The notes under the pieces were generated by a model, which ran no database searches, had not been told where the DNA came from, and worked only from the letters and a program-made list of their open reading frames with translations. Position numbers and translations under genes: made by a program. From Catajapyx aquilonaris (taxonomy: Eukaryota): a stretch of 64,000 nt of DNA. Below are positions 12,401-27,400 of this stretch, piece after piece (position 1 is the first letter of the stretch; every line of letters starts with the position of its first letter). The stretch spans positions 1 through 64,000 of the forward strand of contig JYFJ02000128.1 of the NCBI GenBank assembly GCA_000934665.2, given 5' to 3'.

Positions 12401-15400
12401 TACAGGAATGCAGGGTAGGCAGGGGAGAGGGGAACACATGATAATAATTGCATCAACTTTGCTAGAGAATCCACTCTAGCCAAACATAGAAGCGCAAATT
12501 AAAATATAACGTAACTGAAAGAGATTTGCGATCAGATTTACGCTGGTGACACAGAGTGATTTATGGTAAAGTGATCCCTCTTTGTTTTCAGAAGCCAATT
12601 TGTGTATTATTCTTCCACATTGTAGGGGAATTAGCCATAGGAAATAGTCACGAAAGTTGGAATATTGTTTCAAGCCTGTTAATATTTATCAGATCAGATG
12701 TTTCAAACCATTTTTGGCACTCATCATGATAAGAATTTCATAATCCCGTGATCCAATGAGGAGCTGGGTATTTGAAGTGAAATGTGTGCACTAATTGCCT
12801 ACCTTTTAGTGTTGGAAACTGCATCTCCTGATGAGTAACTGTCTTAGCAAAATATGTCATAAATGGCAATACAGCCAATCTCAAGCAAAATCTAAGCATT
12901 GTGGCATCTAAGTTAATAATTTTCTGCACTTTTAATTTCAGTAGGAAAATATTGCGTAAATCATTATCACCTGTGACACTGCATTACAATGGAGTTGCAA
13001 TGCATTGCTAATACTTTGGTAATACACTGGTAATTAACATGTGGGCACAGAAACAAATGAATTTTATAGTGTGTAAATTGCAACATTTGGTAAAATACTC
13101 CGTGCCACATACATAATTTTTCTTGTGATGCTAATAAGCAGAATGTGTATAACAAAAAGGGTACAAATAAAGGGTAGTGTTGTACTGTAAGAAATGTTGC
13201 CTATATGATTAAGAGAGAGCTCTTCTACACTGCTGAGTTTGGTTTCGAAACATGAAAAATATCCTTATGATCAAATGTTTTTGTGATAATATTGCCTAAT
13301 GATGTTAAACTGACTGCATGCTGAAATAAGTTTGCCTTCATTTGCAGCATCCACCATACCATATCACCCTGCATCTCCCAGGAGTAAAATCATTGGGCTA
13401 CCACCCCTCCTTACCATCCACAGTCACATGCGAATATCTGAACTTATTCCTGGAAACACCAAATCCTTTGGGACGCATGCAACAAAAAGGGAATAGGGAA
13501 TAAAACTACTTTAAGAAAGGAGATCATCCCACCATGAACAAAACTCACCGCTAACGATAACCTCAGCCATTGCCTCAGCAGTCCCAGCAGAGTTCTGTGC
13601 AAGGCAGATGTACCTGCCAGCATCAGTGACACGTATCCCTCGGAACTGCAAAAGTCCACCATCCACCTGCACCGTGGAAGGCAGGCGGTCATCCAGCTTC
13701 CTCCACTCGATGGAAATTGGCTGGTCTCCCGTTGCAGAGCAAGTTATGTGGACCAAGTCGCCTGGACGGACCACCTGGCGCACTGGGTTCAGCTGAATCC
13801 GGGGAGGGGCTGGGGTTGCGAGTGAAAATAATTAATGGCCTTAGGTTTGGAACGGTGCAGACACTAACACTGACCATGCACGGATGCAAATAAAAACAAT
13901 TTTAAGACTGAAAATTAAAAAGAGGGGTTGCCGTGGAAAGAGGCACTCTCTTCATTGCCAAGGTTTTCAAGCTATTTGAATATTTTCCACTTTCGGTAAC
14001 TTGCAGCAGAAGTAGCAAAATTTGAAACAAAAAAAAAAAGCAAGAAATGAAAGCAGTACTTTATAATTGAGTTATTTGTGCATAGTGTAAAAGCAAATAA
14101 CATTACCTGATGTAGAGTACATCAATTATACTCTGTAGTACAAGGATTGTACCTGGCCCATTTTACTTGCAGTACTTCAAAATAATGCATGAATCTACAT
14201 AAATTGTTCTCAAAGGTATGACCCAAAGTACTGTAAGGATTATTGAAAATAAATATCAGGGATTATAAACCCAATAATTTTCATTCAATTTCTTTAAATT
14301 TAGTTTGCGATCTAAGTTACTCCTTGTATGTAGTCAGAGCTTTGGAATATCTGCTGTTGCAAGTAGACAAACATGAAGTCAACCGCATAAAATATGCATT
14401 TTTTTTCATTATCTGAATCCAGATGTATCTCCAGCTACATGACGATGAGAGGAGCCAATTGGTTCCTCGACAAACCCTCCAGAAACAAAACAGTGCATGT
14501 GAAGCTGGCTTACCTCTGGCACCTTTAGCCAGACAGGGCAAAGAAAACATCAAATAGTGAGTAACACGACAAGACACACAGTGCAAAATACTTTGGGAGT
14601 GACAAAATGGGGTCAAATACTGTACACAACAGGTCTGGAAAGCAAAAGCTTTGCATAGTCTTTACCTCCGTCCCTCAACTGGCAAAGATCTCCTGAGAGA
14701 GGGCATAGAAGTAAGTTTAGGGGAAGGCATAGGGTGTAAATAGAGATGAAAAACCAATGCTCCCGTGCAACTCACCAATGACAACCAGCTTAGCAATGGC
14801 TGTGAAGACTACGTTTCCTCCGCTCACTCCTAAGCATGAGTACTCTCCAGCTGCGTCAGGTTGCACGTTGTTGATGTAGAGCACACCTTCCTGAATCTGG
14901 TGGTCTGCTGGCATGGGACCTCCGTCACTTCTGATCCAGTTGAGGTAGATGTCTGCATGGCTCCCGATTTCATTGTAGGCATAGCAGCGCATCTCAGCCC
15001 GGCCTCCAACAGGCACGCTGAAGACATCGGCAGAATGGTCAGGAGGCGGCAGAGGTGGGGCCACACCACGATCGTCCACTATCAGTTCAAAGCGCTCCTC
15101 TCGGATGCCACTTGGGCTACGGGCTGTGCAGCTGTACACTCCCTCATCTTCTTTGGTAGCTCGTGTTATCTCATATATGGCACTCTGGGGTGTTTCTCTT
15201 GGAGCCAGCTCTCGACCACTAGTGAGGAAGATAGTGATGTGATACAAGAAAGAAAAAAAGGGACAACTCTTCAGAAGGAAGCCTGGAGTTCTCAAGATTT
15301 CCATTCTCCTTGACTTACTCATAAACTCGTGCTTGTAACCTCCTCCATGAGACAGTCGGGGCTGGTTCTCCAGAAGCTCTGCATTCCATTCGCACCTGTT

Positions 15401-18400
15401 GCCCAGCTGCTACCCTGTGTGGTGTTGGTGGATTTATGGTGATAATGGGAGCACCTTGGATCTCCAATATGGCAGTTGCACTGGTGGTTCCTGCATCATT
15501 CTCTGCCACACACGAGTATTGCCCTGCTGCCTGGGATGTAACCCGGCTGAATCGGACTACTCCTCCATCCAGTAACTCTGCACTGGGAGGCATTGGTGCT
15601 CCATCCACACGATGCCAGCGAACCACGGGGCTAGGGATTCCACCTGTCACTCGGCACTGGAATAGTGCACTCCCACCTTCCGTCACAGATTGGTGTGTGT
15701 TGGGGTAGATTTCAAGTGAAGGTGGTTCTCGACCTAACGGATAATAATGCAACATTGTGAACTCAGAAAAAATTATATGTTTATAAGATGACACTTACGT
15801 TCAACCTCAAGGATGGCAGACGCCTCAGAAAATCCACTGGGATTGGTAGCTTTGCAAACATAAACTCCTCGGTCTCTCATGGTTGTGCCAGAAATCCTAA
15901 GCACTTCTCCTTCGGCATGCACATTGGAGCTCATCTCATCCCTGACCTTATTCCAGGTGACCACTGGTGTGGGTTCGCCTGACACAATGCACCTGAGCTC
16001 TGCAGTGCTGCCCTGCCCAACTGTTTGCCTGTCTGGCTCTATCCTGGCAGTGGGAGGATTTTCAAAAGAGGACACTATGGTCACCCGTGCCTGGGCCTGC
16101 TCAGTGGCTCCCACACTACTAGTGGCAGTGCAGATGTAAACGCCAGTGTCAGTTGGGCCCACATTGTAGATTGTCAAGAGGCCATCAGATGCCACAGCAT
16201 TGGACGGAAGAGGTGCTCCAGCGCGGCTCCATTGCACCTGGGATCCTCTTGGTGTTTGGCAACTCAAGCGGATTGTTTCTCCTGAATGGGCTTCGGTGTC
16301 TGGAGGGGATATGCTCACTTGGCTAGGGGCAGGAGGATGGGTTGGAGATGGGCGATTGTCCTCTGCAACAAAAATAAATATGAAGTTCCTAATCCATAAG
16401 ACAACATTCCCCATGTGCTTTTTACGTAATGATGCATACCTGCAGTATCACAATCAAGTGCATGTCTTGATTCATTCAGAATCTGAGTAATGCTCAAGCT
16501 GTACTGGAATGTTACTCACCTCCTTGAACGTAGATGATGGTTCGCTCTGACATTTCGCCCTCTGAGTTAGTAGCAGTGCAGAAGTACTCTGCTTCATCAG
16601 TCTTCCTGACTGCAGGGATGTACAGTACTCCATTCGCCACACTGGCTTCTGGGCTTATTCGGTTGTTTTGCCCTCCACTCCATTGGATGGTGGGAGGGGG
16701 GTTGCCTTCAGCAGTGCACGTCAGCTCGGCAGGCTCTCCAACACCTATCTGCAGGTATCTTGGGGTAATTGTCACTCTAGGAGATGAGGGCGGCCCTCCT
16801 CCTATTATGGGTAACGTGAGGTTTAGAATGTGTCATCAACAAAATTTGATTATGTGACTGACCTGCTACATTAAGTTGTGCCCTCTGGACCTGAATGGTG
16901 AAGCCGTCAGTGACAGTGCAGGCGTAAGAGCCAGAATCAGAAACACGGACTTCTGTGACGACTAACAAGCCCTGGCCATCATCATGTGATCTTCCAGGTG
17001 GCAACTCCCCATGCTCCTTACTCCATTGTATCCTCAGGAGATTCTGCAATTATTCAAGTGCACCCGATTCGTTAGTTAATATTAATGTAGCATTGAGTTT
17101 GCATATAAGCAACTTTGCAATCAAGATTATTATTAGTTGTTCTGTTTACTGTAATATTAACCAATATTGACTTTAAATTATTATATTTGACTCCACAACA
17201 GGGGTCAAATCTTAGATTTTTTGTCCAGGTGCAAATTGCTTACTTGGGGCTGGTTTCACCGAGCTCGGTGTATAATAAAACCAGGGTTCTTTTGGAAAAT
17301 CAGTACATATTTGCATGGATTTTCCTAAAGAAACCTGATTTTATCATATACCGAGCTCGGTGAAACCGGCCCTTGGAGGGCTTAATTTTTAATTACTGGG
17401 CTTAGCCATGTTAAAAAGCAGGACCAGCTGGAGTGCACACTTTGCACTCCAACATCCAATTTGGAATGCACGTAACAATTTTGGACCCCTGCCACTATTT
17501 GGTTATTCTTTTGTGCGTTTAAGGCTCCATAAAACCAGTTCTTTACCATAATAGGTGTCACGAACACAATTTGGATTCTTACAGTACGGTACATATTGTG
17601 CTTGTTAGAGTTGCAATTGATAAGTGAACTTAAAAAGTTTCATATAACAATCCCCATTACAGAAAATTGTTCTGAGATGTTTCTATGACTACCCATTGGG
17701 ATGCTAATACCTGATTGCCAATTAGTGATCGCCCTGTGCAGTGGAACCTGGCAGTGCTGCCTACTTCCACCACTTGGATGGAAGGTTCCGAAATGGTCAC
17801 AACAATTGTTGGGGGTGGTTGAGAAGTAGGGGGTTGGTCTGATCCTGAAAATAAAGGTATGTTAGCCAAGAGCACAAAACATATACCTCCAGAACACAGA
17901 ATGTGTGCACATGGTACTAAAAATGAGCCCAGAATAGGCACACCTTTGTAAGGCCACCCGTTTAATCCTTTGCATCCAATCAGCCTTTGCAGAATGCGGC
18001 TGAAATGTCCTCACAAAAGCATGTGTACAGGACGAGTCATAAAATTTTAGTCCCATGTACTGCAAGTAGACACTGACTTGTGAGATAAGTATTCCATGCT
18101 GAAAGCATAACAAGCATTACTGTGCACAAAGGCATAGAGTGCAATATTGGTTAGTCACATAATGCAGTTTATTGATGAATGTACGGTCATGAAAACAATG
18201 ACAACGGACAATGTGATTGCATTTTCACAGGGTGCTTTTTCACAAACAGTTAGCAAACCTGAAGTCTTAAAAAACGAAGTCAGTGTTCCTCGCTCATCTC
18301 CATTTTCGTCCACTGCCCTGCACACAACTTTCATGTAATCTGGCTGAATGATGATAGTGATTGCGTAATTATTTGCAAATTTGCTCCCTTTTATCAATGT

Positions 18401-21400
18401 CGACAGTTTTGATGGTGAGGTGGGAGGGGAAAAGGTGACAACAGAATCCCCGTTCACCACTTCCAACTCCAGCCTCACTTGATGTGTGCCAATGTACCGG
18501 CAAGCAATTGTCACTTGCTCACCAATTGCACCGAATATCGTCTGCGGCACAATCTCCAATAGTGCTCTGTCTAGAAAAATGGTGGTGTGTCGAGAGATGA
18601 TGAAGAAATGAGAAAGTATATGAGTACGATGGGGTATGATATTATGAATATACAGACTGATCCAAAATACTTGTCTGAGTCATATGGCTATTTGTTGGAA
18701 CTAATATGCTGCTTATTATTAAGTAGTTCACTTTTGCATGGTTACTCTCCATGTTACCAAAAGAATCAGCTCCTGAGATTAAATCAAGTGTCCCTATTCT
18801 TCTTCGAGCTTGCAAGGTGATCAGGCAAGCACAAAGTGAATTTTGTCATTGACACAAGATGACAATATTGTTCCAATGAACCTTGTAGCAGAGGATAGTA
18901 GCTAATAAGTTGGACAACCATTAACCACACCAAAGTGACTGCTTAAACAAGCAGCTTAGTGCCAACAAATAGCCATATTAGTAGTAGAAAAATTATTTGG
19001 AATCATCCTGTATTTTATGATCACTGTCATATTCACTTGCTTATGTGACAATTCAAAAAACATCCTTAACTATAAATTTCATTTTGCATGTCTTGATTGT
19101 ATTTATTCAAAATTATGTAAGGTTTTTTTAAAATTTCATGATGATGTTGAAGTTTAGATGGTGATGTATGATGTGTGTATGTGAAAAAATAAAATAATAG
19201 AAAACTAACTTTGATTTTTTTTTGTAGGCTAATAAACACCAGAGGTCCATTCCAGCAGAGAATTAATAAATGTGAAGACGTGAAATGTAGAACGATCAGA
19301 GTAACATTCGAATCATTAAGCAGTATGAAGGTTTATTGAAGCTTGAAGTTTGCATTAGGACTCTTGTTTTAAAAGCATTTATTTTTTAGACTGTAATTCC
19401 TTCATCAGAAATCTGGCTTCACTGTCAGAAATTGCACATCAATGGGAAGTTTTGGCAAAAATTTTGACCAAAATGTGACTAATCATTTATCATTTCAGGT
19501 CTTCATGTACGACAACAGCTTTTTAAAATTGGTATAAATGTGCAAGAACTCAGTATTTCTCTACTGTATTATACACCTAATGGGAGAAATAACTATGCAT
19601 TGGCAAGGACATTAGCACTTTCACTGATTTAATTCTCAACTGTCATGCAAAGAAACTAATGTTGATCCCATTCATCATGCTATGTTTAAGAAAATTCCCA
19701 TGCCACTATTGAGAGGCCAACAGTATGCACAACTTTACTCAACTTTACTCAACTCAGCCGAACTTAGGGCAGATTTTGTAAGAAGCCATAAAGTTTTTTT
19801 TATTGCAAACAAAATCAACGGCAGCGCAAAATTAGGAAATTATTTTAAAAATTAAATGAATAATAATTACCTTTTACATTTATAGACTCACCTCTTTCAC
19901 ACTGCACCCCATCGAAGCCTGGTTGACAATAGCAGATGACTCTTCCTCCTTCGAAGGCACAGCTCTCCTCCCTGTTATTGCAAGGACACGGCTTACATGA
20001 TCCCAGTGGTCCGCTGGATCTCTCACTTGAGTCTCGGTAGTATTTGGGTGCACATGTCTGAAAAGCAACAATGCTACACGTATTGGGAGTACAATTAATT
20101 CATGCTGTATCATTAGCAACACCAGAAGTGATTAGAGGGAGATAATATCACTCAAGTTTTGTGCTAAAATCTGTGAATTCTGGAATGCATGATAATAGTG
20201 TAAGATTCCATATAACTGACAGCACTGGAGCACATGGGGACCTTGGGAAGAAAACCAGCACAATTAATTCAGAGTCTAACGATAACATTACCTCGCATGA
20301 AGTTCCCCTGTAGCCTGCTGGACATTGGCACTCTTCCACCTCTGCTACAGTTTGCTGACCTGTGTACTGTGGAATGGCTGTGTCCATGATAACATTGCTC
20401 AAGTAGGTGGATTCCATGCGATCATTGTAGGTGGCACGGATGAGGACAGCTTCCAAGTTTGACAGAGCTGTTAGCATGTCAGAGCGGCTCACTGGGTGAG
20501 GGCCAGTGGAGCCCAGGTGGGTCCAGCGAGCTTCCCGCAGAGGAACAGTGTAAGTCTAAAACACAATGAAAACCAGTATATTTAAAAAAAATAGCTCTGC
20601 AATCGACACTTTTTTGTGTACTAATGTGAGCAGGTTCAACGTACCAAACTTCGGCCAGCTTGAACTTCCATGTCATTGACCCAGTAGAGCATCATCCCAT
20701 TACCAATGAGGACCACGTCAGTGTCAAAGTAGTTTTCACCCCCTGCTTGTGCTGTAAACCTCTGCGTGACAGACAACGTTCCTCCATAGGATGTCACCTT
20801 ATTTCCAGTGAAGAGTGGTGGGAGTGACCAGAAAAGCTTGTCAGATGGGCCAGTGGTGCGTGGGAAACTGTATCCAAGCTCATTCTCAGCCACATCCACT
20901 GTGATTCCCTCTGTCACTCTCTTGAACCTGGAGTTGTCTGTCAGGCTGAACCCGTGGGCAGAGTCAATGATTTGCATTGGGATCTGTGTCCTGTACAAGT
21001 TTGAAGCCCCACATTGGTTTGTGACACCAGAGCATGAGCACTGAATGCATCCAAGACTGTTTGATTCAAAAGGACCATAAGTCCCTCGACGGCATGTGTC
21101 ACAATTAGCACCCTCCACGTTTGCCTTGCACACACACTGTCGTCCATCTGGGCAATCTGGTTGAGCACTCCCTCTTGGATCACAGCGGCAGGTCACAGGG
21201 CCAATGGGACTGCAACAAAATTAATATTATAGTGAATGATCGTACACAAAAAACATATTTCATTGCGAAACAATGAAGGCAACACCGACTTGCAATCTCC
21301 AGGTGTTCCTCTGGTGGCGTCACCATCATATCCATCCTCACATCGGTCACAGTATGTCCCAATGGTGTGGTCCCGACAATTGCGACAAGTGCCTGACTCA

Positions 21401-24400
21401 GGATCGCATTCATTGGAGTGCCCGTTGCAGAAGCAGGTCTTGCACAGGCCCAGGTACACTCCCTCAGTTGACCTGGTGTAACCAGCGTCACAATCCTCAC
21501 AGCTTAGTCCTTTGTAACCAGATGGACATGCACATTGCTCCACAGCATATGCACGTGACTGCCCTGTGTTGCGTTCTGAGGCAGTGTCCATGTACACCTG
21601 GCTGATTGCAGCCTCTTGTGTGTTTGTGGTGTAGGTGGCCTTGATCAGAATGGAGTCGAGATCAGCCAAGGCCATCAGGAAGTGAGCTCTGTCTGCAGGC
21701 TGCCCATCTTGACGCTGCCAATGCTGCTCAAAGAATGGGACTTCCACGGTTTGGGCACGGTTTGGTGGGATTTGCTCACGACTGAAGTATAGCAGCTGAA
21801 TGTCATTGCCCTGAAAGTAAATTTTCCTTGTTGAACATGTGTCTTCACATAATTTCATTTCAATAAGCAACAAAAAAGTCCACATACACTAATTTCTACA
21901 TCTGGAGCATTGTTCCTGGAGCTCTGTCCCCCTGGGGTTGGTACGTATCTCACAGTGTAGTTCATGTATCCACCATAGCATGTGACCTTGTCACCCAAAA
22001 ATCGGGCAGGCAACCGCCAGTAGTAGACATCTGACCTTATTCTGTTGAAGTCACGGAACACAAGTTCCCTACTGCCTGAATTTATGGTAAGCCCGTCAGA
22101 TATGGCATCACTCTGGAACTGGTCTACGATGGTGAAGTCAGGCTGCCCAGTTGTAAAGACGGCATATTCCTGCAATATTGAATTACAGAAATTAAGTTCC
22201 TACTGATTCACAGAATATGACACATTTCATGCCGTGTATATCAGAAGTGGCCAGATATTGCCCTGACAATAATGTTGCTTATCCTGTACTAACACACCTG
22301 TTGCCTGTACATGGCGGAGCTGGAACACTGATTGGTTATTCCCATACAAAAGCAGGGCAGGCATCCGTACTGATTCTTTTCATTCAGGTAGAAAGTGTTG
22401 AGCTGGCATTGGTTGCAAGTTGATCCAACCGTGTAATCCTGCAAAAAAAGGTGCAACTTTTTCATGACCAGTTCTGGCAACGAAGGGATGAAATTCCCTG
22501 CAATGTATAGGTACTCACCACCATTAGAGAAAGCATAAGGAGAGATAAGTTGAGAGGTGTAGTTATAAGCAAGAATATGTTTGTCATATCTTACCTTGCA
22601 CTGGCACTGACCAGTTGCTGGGTTAGGCAATGGGGACAGACTGCCAGCCACATCACACGATCCCTCTGAAATGGAATCACACATGGATAAAACATAATAA
22701 TTTTTACTCATTACCTCGACAAGTGTCTGACGCCCAAAAAAATGCAGATGTGTCCTACCATCTGCTAACTGTCATCAAAATATTCACAGTACTATGTGAG
22801 ATTTTTTTTGCCACTGATAATGAACAAGAAAAATTGACATTTGCTGCAAATTCAGATTTTAAACTTGAAACAAATAGCAACATATGCTCTACTGAAATCT
22901 AATAAGGATAATTGTGATGATGGAGTAATTAGTAAATAATGGGTACTGACGTGGGATGCAGTCATAAGGCCACTGTGGATTCTGCGTGTACCCAGCGTCA
23001 CATTCATTACACTGACGCCCTCTGTACCCACTCCTGCAGTTGCAGGTGACTCTTCCATCAGTGTCTTTGTAGCAACCCACTCCAAATCTGGAAATACGTA
23101 ATAATCAGTACCAGCTGCTTCACCCTTACCCAAATGTAACACAGTGTACTACTTACTGCCTGGGAGCATCAGTGTCTGGACAAGGACAGGGACGGCATTG
23201 TCCTCCATCGCTGTAGTGCCCAGAGGGACAAGTTGGTGACACCTCCTTCTCACAGCGACCCAGCCACAGGTTTGATGGGACTCGGTTAAACCCATGAGCG
23301 CAGTCCTAAAAAAAGCAACATGAATATTGCTTTCAAACTTAATTACTCATCAAAATGTTGCTAGGGCTTGAGTGTGTGTGGCCCACGAATGCAAAAGCAC
23401 ATTAGGCTATATGTCAATTGTATCATGCTAATGCTTTACATTTTAATTTTAAGGCATGCTACAGTGGCGTAAACTGCAGAAAACAGTTTGTATGACAGCA
23501 GGGAGTTTTAAAAGCTACACTGGAACAAAACTTTCCATTGATGTTTTAAAAATGTGAACAGTAGTGCCTTACCTCACAGGACAGTCCAGTGTATCCCTCT
23601 GGACAACGACATTTCTCCACAAACACAGTCTGGCCTTGACCTGTGTCTGGCAGCACTCCAGTATCCATGCGCAGGTTGGTCAATGATGTGTCGACTGTTG
23701 GTCCCTCCAAGTACTGTGCCCTGTAAATAACAAAGGTCAATGCTTTGTCCAGTTCCCACTGATAATAACCTACAAACCTGATGAGAAGGTTGTCCAAATT
23801 CTCCAGTGCCATCATGATTTCTTCTCTGGAAGCCACCTCTTCCCCAATGACAGCAATATCTCCTCCTGGTCTCCCTCCGAGTGCCTTGTACCATTCTCCA
23901 TACCTGAATTGTGCCTCCACCTCATTTTCACGACCTGCTTGTACTGATCCACGTGGTATATGGAACAATGTCACACCATTGCCCTGGAATAATAATATGT
24001 GCGTGAAAGATAGATGAAGCAATATTCATGAAAACTTTGAATATTTTGTGTCCAATTTTTTACGTCAAATGGGGAAGTAGCCTTCATTTTGGAAACTACA
24101 TAATAAATTCGCCCATATTTTTGGGATTTTTTTGGCATATTCCATTTTAAGATATCAGTTTCAGTTCCGGAGTAATTGGGGTTTTTATGTAGGGAAATGG
24201 TGATGTCACTGTTTCCCTAGAAAATGTTGACGTCACGCGAAGTGAAATGAACGCAAAAATGGTGTTATAGAACGCGCCCCGTCATTGTCGTAAAATGCTT
24301 CGCTGTTGTTAGCAACCATCCCATTCCGTGAGCAAGATAGCGGCCGGGGCGCGTATTTATTCCAGGCCGCTCAAACTGCTTTGTACATGGCAGTGATGCC

Positions 24401-27400
24401 ACCAGGTCGGAAATATCTCTCTCCCGAATTCGGCACACGAAGGCCCCCTTTCTCCACCTCGATGGCCTACAGCGGCCGTGCGAATGCTTTCCGTCGCGTC
24501 CGCGGTTAATTCAAAGTCAAATTCCTCATATCTCGCAGTCAACCAGGCATTTCAGTGTACCCTTTCGATTGGCACCACCCGGCCGCCCCGTTTTTCCCGC
24601 CAATTTTGAAGGCACTTTCAAATGTGCCGTAATTTATCCAGTAATGTCATTTTGATGCAACAGAGTGATGGAATGTATGTTTACAGGCCTGGGCTAGCTA
24701 GTCATGAACAAAAATCCCAAATCCCACACCAAGGCTACTTCCCCATTATGGCATAAAGTCTCCTACTTACAGTCATGATGATGTCTGGTCCTCTCACAGG
24801 TCTGGCACTCCCCTGGAAGCGTATATTGTACTTGAGCCACCCACCATATGAGGCCAGTTGGTTGCCGAGATGCGACTGGGGCAGCCCAAAGAACACTTGC
24901 GATCCTGGCGCGCTTCCCAATTGCCTGCTGTCTTGCAAGTAAAGCTGAGCTCCTCCGAATCTGGACTGCAGGTAGGAACTAGGAAGTGGATTAACCTGGA
25001 CTGAACGTCCACCAGCACCATCATTCACACCAAAGATCCTAAGTTGCTCAGCAGGTGGGGACGGAAGCTGTGAGAACAAGAAGAACCAATTAGTACAAGT
25101 ATAATGTTTGAATACAATGACATTAATTACGAAAAGAAACGTGTGTGTTTCATCACATGAATACATTGCAGGCAAAAGCTTGTTAAATTATTATTTTTCC
25201 TTCGTGTGTTTAAAATGCACCTGAACTGACTGATGTTTTTCTTTCCTTTGAACTATACAGGCTTTCAGGATATAAATCATCTCAGACCTGTGAGGTGAAG
25301 AAATCAGCACTGTGGCATTCAGTGGCAATTCCAAAGCAGAAGCAGTTGAGGCACTCTCGCTGAGTTGCTGCAGCATCATTGAAGTAGCCAGAACGACACA
25401 CACCCTCAGGCCGTTTCACGGTCACAATTGCGTCAGGTACAGCAAAGGTGGCTCCCAGGTTGTTGATGGCTTCACAGCTGTAAGCACCCTGGTCAGCAAG
25501 CTGGGCATCAGTGCATGTTAAAGTCCCATAGCCATCCACACTGGTTGTTGTACACTTTGGAGGGATGTGCCCCCAGTTGAGGCGCCAGACTATCTCTGGT
25601 GTGGGAACCCCCACAGCTCGGCAGGATATAGTGAAAGTCTCTCCAATGTTCACCATTATCATAGGTGCAGGTGGAGTATGGATGGTTGGAGCAGCTGTAA
25701 ATTGAAACAATAGCCGGTTAGAGCAATTAATGCACTGACTAGTTTCAGATTAGTTCCTGAAATACCGGTACTGTATTAAAATCTCATTTGAGAGAGATTA
25801 ATATATTAATATGCAATTTATCGTAAAACTATTGTGTAGGAATGCCACGGGATATCTCCCTTGACATACTATAACAGTGAGGTCAATGTCTATAAATACA
25901 GTACCACATGAGAGAATCAAATACATACCACATCGCAGTTCATCACTTCGGTCTTGGCAATCAATTTCTCGATCACAGTGGAATGACTTCGGGATGCATT
26001 GGTTACCGTTAGCACATTGGAATTCATTGAAGCGGCATGGTGAACCTTGAATGAACAATCAGGAAACATTAGGAAGTGTAGACATATCTCATATTAATGA
26101 CATACGAAAATGTGCCTATCTGCCGACCTGCATGAGCCCTGTATTTGTGGCAAAAAAATAAAGTGTAAAGACTTTCTGAACGCCCCTCATATTAATATAT
26201 TTACCTGGAACAGGTGTGCCACAATCACGCTCATCAGAATTGTCACCACAGTCATTGTCTGAATCGCATCTCCATGTCTTGGGAACGCAACGGCGGTTGT
26301 CACACTGGAATTCATTGGGCTCACACGTATCTCCTGCAAATTAACATTAGGAAATGCATTAAAACGAACATCCCAAACATCAACTGCACCCATGTGTAGA
26401 GGTAATACTTACTGCATCTGAACTCATCCGACCCATCAGAGCAATCTGGTTTGTTGTCGCAAAGAAGCTCTTTCCGAACACATTCTCCGTTCATGCAAGT
26501 TGCCTCGTGTGGTGCGCAAGCTGGTATAGGAGGTGCGGGAGGTATCACGACTGAAAAATGCAACGCAAATGTTACACATGTGCATAGACCACAAGATATA
26601 TGCTATGCCTCTACCACATATAATATGACCATGTAATACAAACTCACCATTATTACCAAGTTAGCAAAAAGGACAGAAAAACGTGAATTTTTACCATTAG
26701 AATTTCAGATGCCTTGTGAAATTATACTCACATCTTTCCACCTGCAGAAAGACAGTGACCTGGGAACCTGGAGTTGTGGGAGCGTATCCTACTGCCTCGC
26801 ACACATAGCTGCCAGTGTGCTCCAACTTGATGTCTGGCATCTCGAGGCGTCCATTGATGTCCCGAGAGCCTGGAGGAAGTGGGAGGCCACCACTTCTGGT
26901 CCATCTAACTGGTGCCCGAATGAGGCCTTCATCTCTGCACTGGAACACTACTTCATAGCCTGCCAAATGCATAAGCAGCATTAGTTCACACGTCTGTGCC
27001 CAAAACTGAGTTAGTAAATCCCACCTGCTGCATATCTCACAACTGTTAGCAGGGTGAAGGAACAACAAAAAGGATTATTCATGGTTAAAAAAACATCACA
27101 CAAGTGGCCAAGACTCAATTATTACCAAATGTATATTCTTCCCCTACTTTTAATCTTTGATTGACTTTCTTGCACCTAATAACAGATGTCTAATGATCAG
27201 ATACGCAAGATTTCCCGTGCACTAATTTACGACTTTTTAAATTAATTTATTTAAATTAACAATCTTCACTAGCTTACCTTCTTTGCTGGTCTGCTCAGAT
27301 GGGTACGTCTTCAAATTGAGGTCAGCCTCTGCAAAAAATTAACTCTATTAGGTTTCATAATTTAGGTGCAACTCCTGCAGTTTAGTTCCTTTAGTAACTC

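Noticed and set aside
13414..13450. Short AG...GTAAGG-bounded segment downstream of an Ig exon
   Set aside because: 35 nt, frame-breaking, with an in-frame TGA; no other support, though a poison exon cannot be excluded.
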